From contig CAWBOS010000010.1 of NCBI GenBank assembly GCA_963790475.1, positions 1,216,001-1,280,000 of the forward strand: DNA of 64,000 nt. Direction: 5' to 3'. Each line of letters starts with the position of its first letter. Positions within the stretch are counted from its first letter, which is position 1. Both the position numbers and the translations under genes were made by a program. Below the pieces are notes generated by a model. That model was given only the letters and a program-made list of their open reading frames with translations, did not search any database and had not been told where the DNA came from. This DNA comes from an uncultured delta proteobacterium. GTDB taxonomy: Bacteria > Desulfobacterota > RBG-13-43-22. Positions 49,119 through 58,606 of the stretch are shown here, one piece after another.

Positions 49119-50426
49119 ATGAATAATACTCAGAACCTGAAATTTGATACCTTGATCATCGGCAGTGGTATTGCCGGCCTCCAGGCCGCCCTGGACCTGG
49201 CTGATCAAGGGTTCAAGGTAGCCGTCGTGGAAAAAGACGCCACCATCGGCGGGAAGATGATTCGGCTTTCCAAGGTATTTCCCACCCTGGATTGCGCCAG
49301 TTGTATAACCACCCCAAAAATGGCCGCAGCCGCCCATCATGAAAACATCACCCTCTTCACCTTCTGTGAGTTGAAATCTCTGGATCGTCAAAATGGTCTT
49401 GTTGCAGCTACGGTAACCCAGAAACCCAGGTATGTGGACCCGGATAAATGTATCGGCTGCCGGCAATGCGAATACGAGTGCCCGGTCTATGTTCCGGATG
49501 AGGAACAGGGGGGGTTCAATGCCCGCAAGGCTATCTATATCCCCTTTTCCAATGCCATTCCACAAATCGCTCTCCTCGACCCTGAAAACTGCCTGTTGTG
49601 TGGAAAGTGTGTCAAAATCTGCCCTACTGAAGCCGTAAATTTTTTTCAAGAACCCAAGGACCTTTTTCTTGAGGCTAAAGCCGTTATTGTAACCACCGGT
49701 TTTGAATTAACCCCTTTAGAGGACAAACCGCAATATGGACAAGGGAAGATCCCTAATGTGATCACGGCTCTCCAAATGGAAAGGCTTCTGGCCCCCCATG
49801 GGCCTTATAATCGAGTCTTACGCCCTTCAGACGGCATGGAGCCGGATTCGATCGCCTTTGTCCAGTGCGCCGGTTCAAGAGATAAAAGCATGGGCATCTC
49901 TTATTGTTCCAGAGTCTGTTGTATGTACGCGATTAAGCAGGCCATGCTGCTCTCCGGGGCCTTGCCCTTAGCGGATATTACTATTTATTATATGGACATC
50001 CGGGCCTTTGGAAAGGGCTACGAACAATTTTTTCAGAACGCTCAGGCTATGGGTATCCAATTTGTAAAAGCCAAGGTGTCCATTGTTAACGCAACTGTCG
50101 AGAGCACTGTGTCTGTCCGTTATGAGGCCCAGGATGGCGAGGGAGTGGTCATGGCTGAACATGATCTGGTGGTCCTTTCCCTGGGGATGGTCCCTGGCTG
50201 GAATCCAGGCAACTATAGTAAACTGGATGCCGATTCGGATGGGTTTATCAGAACCATACAACCCAAGATAGCCCCAACCCTGACCGCTCAAGAAGGTTTT
50301 TTCGTGGCCGGTACGGCCGCTGGACCAAAGGATATTGTTGACACTATTGCTGAAGCCGGAGCGGCTGCCATGGAGGCTACCAAGTATTTACTTCGTAATA
50401 ATAAGACGACTCAAATGGCCAAATAA
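49119..50426 (+). CDS. hdrA: Heterodisulfide reductase subunit A-like protein, short form
   Basis: GSGIAG, FPTLDCASC, two CxxCxxCxxxCP ferredoxin motifs, QCAGSR, YCSRVCC, GPKDI. Confidence 0.9.
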   Translation: MNNTQNLKFDTLIIGSGIAGLQAALDLADQGFKVAVVEKDATIGGKMIRLSKVFPTLDCASCITTPKMAAAAHHENITLFTFCELKSLDRQNGLVAATVTQKPRYVDPDKCIGCRQCEYECPVYVPDEEQGGFNARKAIYIPFSNAIPQIALLDPENCLLCGKCVKICPTEAVNFFQEPKDLFLEAKAVIVTTGFELTPLEDKPQYGQGKIPNVITALQMERLLAPHGPYNRVLRPSDGMEPDSIAFVQCAGSRDKSMGISYCSRVCCMYAIKQAMLLSGALPLADITIYYMDIRAFGKGYEQFFQNAQAMGIQFVKAKVSIVNATVESTVSVRYEAQDGEGVVMAEHDLVVLSLGMVPGWNPGNYSKLDADSDGFIRTIQPKIAPTLTAQEGFFVAGTAAGPKDIVDTIAEAGAAAMEATKYLLRNNKTTQMAK

Positions 50427-50468
50427 CGTTTTGAAAAAATTTTCCAACAATCCCTTGGGAGATAGGGA

Positions 50469-52397
50469 ATGACCGAGTCAATAAATAATAAAGCCACAGA
50501 AATCCAAGATCCGAAAGTCGGTGTATATATCTGTCATTGCGGAGGAAATATTTCCGATCATGTGGACATGGAAACCCTTCAACGGAGGACGGAAAAAATC
50601 CCCGGAGTAGCCCTGGCTCGTACCAATATGTTTATGTGTTCAGATCCAGGACAGGAATTGATTATCGAGGATCTTAAAAATGGTTTGGTGGATCGGGTGC
50701 TGGTGGCCTCCTGCGCCCCCAATCTCCACGAGACGACTTTTCGCCAAACCCTTTCTCGAGCAGGAGTCAACCCTTATCTTTACGAACATGCCAATATCCG
50801 AGAACAGGTAAGCTGGGTGCACCACGGTCAAGCCGCTACAGACAAAGCAACCCGGCTCGTCGCCGCCGCCGCAGGTAAGGCTAAAAATCTAAAGCCTTTG
50901 GAACCTCTGCGTGTGAAAGCCAAACAACATGTGACGGTCATTGGTGGGGGTCTGGCCGGATTGCGCTGTGCCAAGGATCTGGCCGATCGAGGTTTCGAGG
51001 TGGTTCTAATTGAAAAGTCTCCTTTTCTGGGAGGGAAGGCCGTGCTCATTGACCGTGTGGCCCCTACGGGAGAAAAGGCGGTTGATTTGGTTTCCGAGCT
51101 GACCACAGCGGTACTGAAAGCCCCCACTATTAAGGTCTTCACCTGCGCTCAAGTAACCGGGTTTGAGGGTTATATAGGCAATTTTCGTCTTAAGATAACC
51201 GCCTCACCCTCGGTTTCAGACGAAGATCGGAAAAAAATTGCCGACACGGCTAAAGACGGCCGCTCCCCTTACCAATGTGATCCTTTCATTGGGGTCTATG
51301 CCAAAGATATCCCCCAAGAGACCGAGGAACTAATCATTGAAACAGGGGTAATCGTGTTGGCAACTGGTTTTAAATCCTATGTCCCGAAAATAGGAGAATA
51401 CGGGTACCAAGAATTTAATAAGGTGATTACCCTGCCTGCCTTTATCCAAAAGTTCGCAGAAAGGTCAAAAAAGGGAAGCTTTCTGGAAATTGATGGTCGG
51501 GAAATACATAATATAGCTCTGATCCACTGTGTGGGCAGTAGACAAATCCCGGGCATACATGAAGAAAATGAATCGGGAGAACTGAATGAATACTGTTCCC
51601 GTATTTGTTGCACCGCTACCCTGCAGGCAGCCCTCCGGATCCGTGAAAATTATCCGGAGACACGCGTCTATGAATTGTATCGGGACATCCGTACCTATGG
51701 GCGGGGACAAGAGGAACTTTATAACCAAGCTTCCAGCGAAGGAGTAGTCTTTTTGCGTTTCAAGGCCGAGGATTCCCCGGTCGTAACCGCTAACGATTCT
51801 TCGAGTCCCTACCCCTTAAGGGTTACGGTAAAGGATACGCTCACCTTTGATGAAGAGGTGGAGGTCCCGGTAGATCTGGTGGTCTTGGCTAACGGCCTGG
51901 AACCGCATCCGATCCCCGACTTGGTTGAGATGATGAAACTCCCTGTTGGGGGAGATCGTTTTTTATTGGAAGTGCATCCCAAACTTCGGCCCGTTGAACT
52001 TTCCATCTTGGGCATCTTTCTGGCCGGGACCTGTCAAGCCCCCATGGATATGGGAGAAGTCTGTAATGCGGCCGGGGCCGCAGCGGTAAAAGCCTCGGCC
52101 CTACTGGCCCGGGGATTTGTGGAAATGGATCCTTTTGTGGCCGAAGTGGATCTTAACAAATGTAAAGGTTCAGGGGCCTGCGTAGAAGCCTGTTTAAATA
52201 AAGGGGCTCTGGAAATGGCCGAAGTGGAAGTTGAAGGTCAAACGGTTTTACGGGCCCGAATATCTCCGGCTTTATGCAAGGGATGTGGGGCTTGTGTGGC
52301 CGTATGTCCGGAAAAGGCCATCAATCTTCAAGGCTGGACCTTGAAACAATATGAAGACATGGTTGATATGATCGTCTCCGATGATCTGATCACCTGA
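50469..52397 (+). CDS. hdrA: Heterodisulfide reductase subunit A-like protein, long form
   Basis: CHCGGNI, FMCS, ASCAP, NIREQ, GGGLAG, HCVGSR, YCSRICC, C-terminal CKGCGACVAVCP. Confidence 0.9.
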   Translation: MTESINNKATEIQDPKVGVYICHCGGNISDHVDMETLQRRTEKIPGVALARTNMFMCSDPGQELIIEDLKNGLVDRVLVASCAPNLHETTFRQTLSRAGVNPYLYEHANIREQVSWVHHGQAATDKATRLVAAAAGKAKNLKPLEPLRVKAKQHVTVIGGGLAGLRCAKDLADRGFEVVLIEKSPFLGGKAVLIDRVAPTGEKAVDLVSELTTAVLKAPTIKVFTCAQVTGFEGYIGNFRLKITASPSVSDEDRKKIADTAKDGRSPYQCDPFIGVYAKDIPQETEELIIETGVIVLATGFKSYVPKIGEYGYQEFNKVITLPAFIQKFAERSKKGSFLEIDGREIHNIALIHCVGSRQIPGIHEENESGELNEYCSRICCTATLQAALRIRENYPETRVYELYRDIRTYGRGQEELYNQASSEGVVFLRFKAEDSPVVTANDSSSPYPLRVTVKDTLTFDEEVEVPVDLVVLANGLEPHPIPDLVEMMKLPVGGDRFLLEVHPKLRPVELSILGIFLAGTCQAPMDMGEVCNAAGAAAVKASALLARGFVEMDPFVAEVDLNKCKGSGACVEACLNKGALEMAEVEVEGQTVLRARISPALCKGCGACVAVCPEKAINLQGWTLKQYEDMVDMIVSDDLIT

Positions 52398-52414
52398 ACT
52401 TTTAGAGGGACTCG

Positions 52415-52717
52415 ATGTCTACAAAACAGAAAGAAGGATTGGTCGATCAGGGGGCTTTGAAAATACTTCGGGAGAAAAGAAAAGAGACGATCGCCCGAGT
52501 CTCTGCCATCATCAAACGACAGCGTAAGGATATCCAAGCCTTAAAAACCCTTTTACGAGAGGGAGAACGAACCATCCCGCAACTTGCAGAAATAATGAAC
52601 CGGCCCTCTTCAGAGGTTTTCTGGTACGTGGCCGCTCTTAAAAAATACGGAGAGATCTTCGAAGGGGAAAAGGTCGGGAGCTACTTCCTTTACAGGTTGG
52701 CTGACAAGTCCGAGTAA
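52415..52717 (+). CDS. Small winged-helix-like protein
   Basis: TIPQLAE...SSEVFWYVAALKKYG.I pattern. Confidence 0.7.
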   Translation: MSTKQKEGLVDQGALKILREKRKETIARVSAIIKRQRKDIQALKTLLREGERTIPQLAEIMNRPSSEVFWYVAALKKYGEIFEGEKVGSYFLYRLADKSE

Positions 52718-52742
52718 GAAGAATGATGTTAAGAAAGAAACC

Positions 52743-53060
52743 ATGACCATGATAACCGTTCATCCTGACTTTGCTAAGGAATTGAAACATTTTGGCGTAG
52801 ATCACGCATTGGATTGTTTCAATTGTGGCACTTGTACGGCCATCTGCCCCCTGATTTTTGATCATTTCCCGAGAAGATTAATCCGCTACATCCAAATAGG
52901 GGCCAAGGATAAGATAATGGAAAATCCCAAGGAATTATGGCGCTGCCTCCATTGCGGGCTTTGCACCCGGACCTGCCCGAGAGAAGCCGATCCCGGCGAG
53001 GTAATCCTGGGATTAAAACGCTATGTAGTAAACTACTGGAGGAAATCCAGACATGTATAA
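52743..53060 (+). CDS. HdrC-like 2x[4Fe-4S] protein
   Basis: CFNCGTCTAICP and WRCLHCGLCTRTCP. Confidence 0.88.
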   Translation: MTMITVHPDFAKELKHFGVDHALDCFNCGTCTAICPLIFDHFPRRLIRYIQIGAKDKIMENPKELWRCLHCGLCTRTCPREADPGEVILGLKRYVVNYWRKSRHV

Positions 53061-53988
53061 CCCAAGGGATATCATAGATATATTAGCTGGGAATGTCAGA
53101 AAAACCAGAAGTCCTTTCGCAATCCCCAATTTTCTAGTGAACCGGTGGTGGAAAACACTTAATCTTCCTAAAAAAGGGGATGCTCTTCTTTACACGGGGA
53201 TGATGTATCAACTGGTCCCCTATATAAAAAAAACAACTCAGTATTTGGAAATGTTTGAAGACCGTAAACCGGCCGATTGGGTAGGCTTAGGCCGATATCA
53301 GCCCAAACGCCTTTCCGGGATCGGTATCGCCATGATCACCCCAGGAGTTGAAAAGCGAAAAGCCAACCAAGTCTTGCAAGATATTTCCTTAATTCTGGGC
53401 AAGTCCCGGGTAGACTTTTATTATGAACCCCGGTTGGATTATTACAGCGGCATATTGCTTTACGATTTAGGAGATCAAGAAAGCTTTATTCAACACGCCC
53501 AATTTGTTGCCGGTAAACTCCAAAGGGCTGGGGTCAAAAAAATAATCACCGTGGACCCTCATACCACTTATGCCCTGAAGGTCCTTTATCCAAAATACAC
53601 AGGGATAAGTTTTGATGTCCAATCCTACATTGAACTGATCAATTTCGAGTCGAACCAAGGAGGTGTTCAGGTTACTCTTCACGATCCCTGTTTTTACGGA
53701 AGGTATCTGGAGCTTTCCGATGCCCCCCGGGAGGCCTTAAAAAAGCAGGGGATCGAATGTCTCGAAGTGAGAAATGCCAGGAGTTTTACCAACTGTTGCG
53801 GAGGCCCGGCGGAGTCTATTTCTCCTAAACTTTCCAGGGAAGTTCTGGACCGTAGGGTTGAGGAATTACGGTTTACCGGGGCACCTATTATTGCCATGTG
53901 CCCTATCTGCCTGGGCAATCTCCAGAGGTCGGGTGCCCAAGTGGAGGACCTGTCCCAGGTGCTTGCTCGTTGTGCAATATCAGCTTAA
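53053..53988 (+). CDS. CCG-domain (HdrB/HdrD-like) Fe-S protein
   Basis: HDPCFYGR, CCGG, MCPIC. The first CCG repeat is degenerate (TVDPHT, no Cys). Confidence 0.85.
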   Translation: MYNPRDIIDILAGNVRKTRSPFAIPNFLVNRWWKTLNLPKKGDALLYTGMMYQLVPYIKKTTQYLEMFEDRKPADWVGLGRYQPKRLSGIGIAMITPGVEKRKANQVLQDISLILGKSRVDFYYEPRLDYYSGILLYDLGDQESFIQHAQFVAGKLQRAGVKKIITVDPHTTYALKVLYPKYTGISFDVQSYIELINFESNQGGVQVTLHDPCFYGRYLELSDAPREALKKQGIECLEVRNARSFTNCCGGPAESISPKLSREVLDRRVEELRFTGAPIIAMCPICLGNLQRSGAQVEDLSQVLARCAISA

Positions 53989-54054
53989 AGGCGAAGAGGA
54001 TTGTCCTCTCTGCTTCAAGATAAAAAATAACAAAAAATTTGAAGGGAGAATAAA

Positions 54055-54429
54055 ATGTCGGAAAAAGAAGAAATGGTTATGTTTATGTGTACCCATGCAG
54101 GAGAAAACCCTGAAAAAGCGGCCATACCCTTTGTTATGGGCAGCGCCGCCTTGGCTATGGACGTCAAGGCCCTGGTGGTTCTACAAGAAGAAGGGGTATA
54201 TCTGGCCCAAAAAGGATACGCCGAACATATGACTAAACCGGGAGGGTTTGAAGCCTTGCCGAAGTTAATCGCCGATTTTTTGGAATTAGGTGGGGAACTG
54301 AAGGTCTGTGTCCCTTGTATCAAGGCCAGAAATATCAGCGAATCCGACCTGATCGATAAGGCCCAAACCACGGCTGCCGGTCAACTCATTACCGATTCTC
54401 TTAGGGCTGACTCTGTCTTTACCTACTAG
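54055..54429 (+). CDS. DsrE-family sulfurtransferase
   Basis: THAGENPEKA..PF, LQEEGV, VCVPC..AR.I. Confidence 0.88.
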   Translation: MSEKEEMVMFMCTHAGENPEKAAIPFVMGSAALAMDVKALVVLQEEGVYLAQKGYAEHMTKPGGFEALPKLIADFLELGGELKVCVPCIKARNISESDLIDKAQTTAAGQLITDSLRADSVFTY

Positions 54430-54457
54430 GAATCCATTCTTAAAACATTTTCCCCGG

Positions 54458-54490
54458 AAAAGGCCCTGGAACTTGACCAGGGCCTTTTGG
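54458..54490 (+). terminator. Intrinsic terminator of the tusA-hdr-dsrE operon
   Basis: AAAAGGCCCTGG-AACTTGA-CCAGGGCCTTTT. Confidence 0.8.
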
Positions 54491-54542
54491 TTCTCATACC
54501 ATGAACCTGAAAACTCAGAGGGTGAAATGGGGTCGTTAATAG

Positions 54543-54923
54543 ACCTGCTTTACGTACAGTCCCATTTTAGAAACGAATCCGGTGGCTTCCTCGCGTTATC
54601 AATCCATTGCCGACCGGCTTTTGGAAAAGCGGGAGAAAGCGGACCCCCAAGCGAGAAAGATGCGGGAATGGCGCAATGTAGCGGACAGCCGGATACAATC
54701 CACCTCGGCCGGAATCGCTTATCTATTACTCATACTCCATCAGATGGGACTTGGGGCCACCTGGATGACCGGCCCTATGCAGGCTACGGGAGCCATTCAG
54801 AAAATCCTCAAGGTAAAGCCCGGATGGGAGATAGTCACCTTCATCCCTGTGGGCTATCCCGATGATCAGCCAAGGCCAAGAAGCCGCAAGCCGGTCAACG
54901 AGGTCACGGAAGCAATCAGATAG
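54543..54923 (+). pseudogene. C-terminal fragment of a nitroreductase
   Basis: LLLILHQMGLGATWMTG...IPVGYP....PRSRKP; in-frame TAG at 54540; N-terminal RRSIR region absent. Confidence 0.75.
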
Positions 54924-55070
54924 GAAGGAGAAATGGATAGATAGCCACGACCAGGCTGGATAAACGGCCAGGATAAACCGTATGACGAGGCGCATTATCT
55001 GCAAAAGTTTTTGACGATGTTAGAAGAGGCATGAAGTTTAATTAGAAAAGCCAGTGACCCTATCTCAAGC

Positions 55071-55400
55071 CTATCGAACTGGCAAATAATCTTCTCGTAC
55101 CGGCGAAAAGACTTCGATGGCCACCGAATCCGCGAGAATCTCGGCCCGGTGCTCCATATTACCGGGCACACACCAGCTGTCACCGGGTTCCACTTCAAAG
55201 GTCTCCTCCCCGATGGTAAGCCGGATTCGCCCGGAAACGAGATATCCCGTTTGCTCATGGGGGTGAGCGTGCCCAGGCAACTGCCTGCCCTTTTTCAGAA
55301 GAAATTCCGTGAAAAGAGTTTTGTCCCCATAAACTAATGTCTTAAGCTCTATACCCTCAAGAACCTGCTTATATCCTTCTGGGTTGCGTTTATAAAACAT
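55071..55400 (-). CDS. Cupin-domain protein
   Basis: HAHPHEQTGY, PGNMEH, EVFSPVREDY. ATG 55400. Confidence 0.9.
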   Translation of the reverse strand: MFYKRNPEGYKQVLEGIELKTLVYGDKTLFTEFLLKKGRQLPGHAHPHEQTGYLVSGRIRLTIGEETFEVEPGDSWCVPGNMEHRAEILADSVAIEVFSPVREDYLPVR

Positions 55401-55559
55401 CAGCGATTCTTCCTTTCTATAATAACCTTTTTGAGCGTTGGGGCGGACCAATCTTTTCCTATCTGATTGTCCGATCCCCCGGAACCCGTTCCAGAACGGA
55501 TTGAAACGACCTTACATGATCCCCCAATCCATAGTGGCTGACTACCGGTAACGACATTA

Positions 55560-55826
55560 TTAAGCCAGCACTTCATTCCACTCGCGTAAACTCCAACTGG
55601 ATACGACACCGTTGAGTACAAAGGGGTCACCCTGAATAAATTCCTCCGCTGCTTCGCGGGTAGTGAACAAGCCCATAGCCCCTTCTGTTGGATCGGCGAA
55701 AGGTCCGGCCATAAGAAGAACGCCGCGGGCATAAAATTCGTTTAGTCGAGCCCGATGGGCCTCGAAGTTAGATCGTGCCTTGGATAAACTCTCCGGAGTG
55801 ACCTCATAAACCATAACGATTTTCAT
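55560..55826 (-). CDS. YciI-family protein
   Basis: AHRARL, LMAGPF, DPFV..G; AAGGAG RBS. Confidence 0.88.
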   Translation of the reverse strand: MKIVMVYEVTPESLSKARSNFEAHRARLNEFYARGVLLMAGPFADPTEGAMGLFTTREAAEEFIQGDPFVLNGVVSSWSLREWNEVLA

Positions 55827-55881
55827 ACCCTCTCCTTATCAAGAGAAAACTTTTTTTGCATCTTGCAGCAACGATAATTTT

Positions 55882-56568
55882 CTATCGTCCACGGCCAAGG
55901 GATGACCCTGTTGTCCTGTCCGACTGCAGGCAATGGTCAGAGATTAATTTCGTTAATTCCGTAGGTGAACTAAAAATAAATAATGGATCTTGTGCTGATA
56001 ATTCCGTCCTGTCCCCATATCCCCAAAGGACACCGGCAGAATGCAGTCCGTTTTTATGGGCGGCCATTATATCCAGGTCACGATCGCCTACCATAATTGA
56101 CTTTGAAGTAATTATATTCTTTTGAAGCAAACCTTCCAGTTGCTGCGATTTAGGGATACCAACCTCTCCGCCACAAACAAATTTGAAATATTTCCGGAGA
56201 TCAAACAACTCCAGGATTTTTTCAGCAAAGTCCAGTCGCTTAGATGTGCAAACCCCAAGATTGGCCCCGGATTTATAGAGATCTTGAAGGGCAGTTTCTA
56301 TCCCTTCATAAAGTTTATTTTCAGAATAACCCACACTGGAATATCTTTCCCTGAATATGGTGACCAGGCTGTTGATACGGGCCCGGTCTGATGAGGCCGT
56401 AAGGTGAGCGAATATTTGATCAATCGGCGGCCCCATATATTTCAATAGATTGGTGATTGAGTGCTCACCATATCCATGGTAACTCAACGAATGATTAATT
56501 GACCTTGTGATCCCAATAATTGAATCGCTTAATGTTCCGTCAAGATCAAAAATAATAAAATCATACAT
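55882..56568 (-). CDS. HAD-family hydrolase (phosphoglycolate phosphatase / 5'-nucleotidase-like)
   Basis: FDLDGTL, CTSK, MVGDRDLD, GVLWGYG. Confidence 0.92.
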   Translation of the reverse strand: MYDFIIFDLDGTLSDSIIGITRSINHSLSYHGYGEHSITNLLKYMGPPIDQIFAHLTASSDRARINSLVTIFRERYSSVGYSENKLYEGIETALQDLYKSGANLGVCTSKRLDFAEKILELFDLRKYFKFVCGGEVGIPKSQQLEGLLQKNIITSKSIMVGDRDLDIMAAHKNGLHSAGVLWGYGDRTELSAQDPLFIFSSPTELTKLISDHCLQSDRTTGSSLGRGR

Positions 56569-56624
56569 ACTTATATCCTATCAATCCTTACCCTGAAGTT
56601 CACCGGATTTCACGGAGGACAACT

Positions 56625-57443
56625 TCATTTCAGTCTGGCCCTGGCAATGAGCACAGGGGGTATTTCGCTGTAATTTCCGTTCCAGAACAAAGGGAATGTT
56701 CCTCCTTTATAGTCCGGCGGGAAGGCGCACTCCTCAAGTCCATCCAGGACGAACCCATTCTGGAAAAGAAGCCGTAGAATCAAATGAAGAGGCCGATGAA
56801 AATAGGGGTGAGGCTCGGGTTGTCCCGGGATACCGATTCCCTGTGAAATCGTGGGGGTCATGTAATCCCATATCTTTATCCCGTATCGGGTGGAGATTTC
56901 CCCTAACCGATCTTCCATTTCGCCTATTTGAGCCATCCGACCGCTATTGAAGCAGGGATGGAGCAAGGAAAAAACAAACCGGCCCTTTGGTTTCAGCAAT
57001 TTCGGCAGTGTTGTAAAAAGAGGGTTGATATCGGCCATATCGAAAAGCGCCATACAACAAAGGGCGGCATCGAAACGGCGGGTTCCCAAATCAAGCAGGG
57101 CCGAGGAATCGGTCGCGTCCAGTTGACGGTAATCGATTTTATGATTGACCTCCGACTCGACTGACTTGGCGGCCTGAATCATGGCCCCGGAAAAATCAAA
57201 CGCGGTGACTCTTGCACCCATCTCGGACAACTTTCGCGAGGCAAAACCATTCCCACAAGCGATATCCAAGACCTCTTCGCCGGACTTCAGTTCCAGCTGG
57301 CGTTCAGTAGCGGGCCATATCAGATAACGGACAAAATCATTTCCTTCGCCCATCTGCTGATTCCAGAATGCCGCATTGATATCCCAGATCCTTCGAGCCC
57401 ACTCGTTTGCCTCTCCAGGTTTAACCTTGGGCATGATGAACAC
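56625..57443 (-). CDS. Class I SAM-dependent methyltransferase
   Basis: VLDIACGNG, FVFSLLHPCF, YFHRPL. Confidence 0.9.
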   Translation of the reverse strand: MFIMPKVKPGEANEWARRIWDINAAFWNQQMGEGNDFVRYLIWPATERQLELKSGEEVLDIACGNGFASRKLSEMGARVTAFDFSGAMIQAAKSVESEVNHKIDYRQLDATDSSALLDLGTRRFDAALCCMALFDMADINPLFTTLPKLLKPKGRFVFSLLHPCFNSGRMAQIGEMEDRLGEISTRYGIKIWDYMTPTISQGIGIPGQPEPHPYFHRPLHLILRLLFQNGFVLDGLEECAFPPDYKGGTFPLFWNGNYSEIPPVLIARARLK

Positions 57444-57475
57444 ACCTCGCCATCCCTATTAGCTTATTTTTCTCC

Positions 57476-57829
57476 TCAAACATCTCGAGGTTCGGTGAGC
57501 AATTTGAAGCCGTCAAGAATCTCTGTTAACCTATTTTTTGAGACCTGTCCGATTTTATCAACGAGATCACTCTTGTTAACTGTGAAGATTTGAGAAATGT
57601 TAACTACGCTTTTTCGGGGGAGATTGGCTTCACCTTTATTCAGCAGGACATTACCGGGAGCCTTGGCCCGGTGAAGGTTCGTGGTAAGGGAACAAACGAC
57701 CACAGTATTGATTTGACTGGTGTTAAATAGATTGTTTTGAATGACGAGATGGGGATGCCGATATCCCGGTTCCGATCCCTTAGGATCAGAAAGGTCTAGC
57801 CAATAGATTTCACCTTGCTTAATCACCAA
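57476..57829 (-). CDS. mazF: MazF/PemK-family type II toxin
   Basis: QGEIYW, GSEPGYRHP.LVIQ, SVVNISQIFTVNK. Confidence 0.92.
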   Translation of the reverse strand: MVIKQGEIYWLDLSDPKGSEPGYRHPHLVIQNNLFNTSQINTVVVCSLTTNLHRAKAPGNVLLNKGEANLPRKSVVNISQIFTVNKSDLVDKIGQVSKNRLTEILDGFKLLTEPRDV

Positions 57830-58080
57830 GACTCTTTCTCAATCAATTTTTTTTGTTTGCCGCGCATGGATTTTAAGATTCTTCTTTCTTCTTCTTCAGG
57901 AAAGTCTTTATAAGCCTCATTCAACCGGGTCAGCAAAGCCTGATTTTCTTGTTTTTTAACATAGTCTTGCACAGCCAGGGTGAATACCTTGCTCCGGGAA
58001 ATATGCAAGTTATTGGCTAATTTATTAATTTTTAAAAATAATTCTTCATTAAGGGATATAGCTGTTTTGACACCGGCCAT
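57823..58080 (-). CDS. Ribbon-helix-helix antitoxin
   Basis: VKTAISL....ISRS; overlaps the toxin start; GGAGG RBS. Confidence 0.88.
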   Translation of the reverse strand: MAGVKTAISLNEELFLKINKLANNLHISRSKVFTLAVQDYVKKQENQALLTRLNEAYKDFPEEEERRILKSMRGKQKKLIEKESW

Positions 58081-58118
58081 ATAAAACCTCCAACTCTAAT
58101 GAACTTTTTATATCTATA

Positions 58119-58147
58119 AGTATGACTATTATTTATACATTTGTCAA
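58119..58147 (-). promoter_or_regulatory. Sigma70 promoter of the toxin-antitoxin operon with overlapping inverted repeat
   Basis: Minus strand TTGACA-N17-CATACT; GTAT...ATAC inverted repeat across the spacer. Confidence 0.65.
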
Positions 58148-58246
58148 TACCTATTAACCCTCTTAGAGTATGCCGTTTATTCTCACTTTTTCTGGAAGCA
58201 TACCAACCCTATCAAAGAAGCGGTCGGCTTGGTGCCCCCAACCCCA

Positions 58247-58576
58247 TTATCCGTTCTTTAAGGAATCGATCATTTCCACCAACTGAGTTTCATTCAATCC
58301 TCTGCCAATAATCCCATCCAGCCGTTTTGCAATCTTACCATTCTTAAAGAAGATCACCGTTGGTACTACCGCGATAGAATAGTTTTCTTTGCAACTTTTA
58401 ATTTCATCCGTTAAAACACGACATAAATTATTCTGGGTATTCTCGCCATATTTTTCGAAAATCGGCAAAAATCTCTGCGAGTAAGGACACCAAGAGGCAT
58501 AAAAAAGAACCAATAGGCTTGGGCACTCGCTCAACCTCTTATCAAATTCGGATTCGCTTTCAATTATTTTACTCAT
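58247..58576 (-). CDS. Thioredoxin-family protein (CxxS)
   Basis: FYASWCPYS, cis-Pro VVPT, FKNG. ATG 58576 after AAGGAG. Confidence 0.88.
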   Translation of the reverse strand: MSKIIESESEFDKRLSECPSLLVLFYASWCPYSQRFLPIFEKYGENTQNNLCRVLTDEIKSCKENYSIAVVPTVIFFKNGKIAKRLDGIIGRGLNETQLVEMIDSLKNG

Positions 58577-58606
58577 CCTAACTCCTTTAGAACCCATCCA
58601 AAGATG

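Noticed and set aside
48711-52397. Selenocysteine in MvhD or HdrA, common in these families
   Set aside because: No in-frame UGA; the reading frames are continuous.
49119-52397. QmoAB assignment
   Set aside because: The short protein has ferredoxin motifs unlike QmoA, MvhD is not fused, and aprAB/qmoC are absent.
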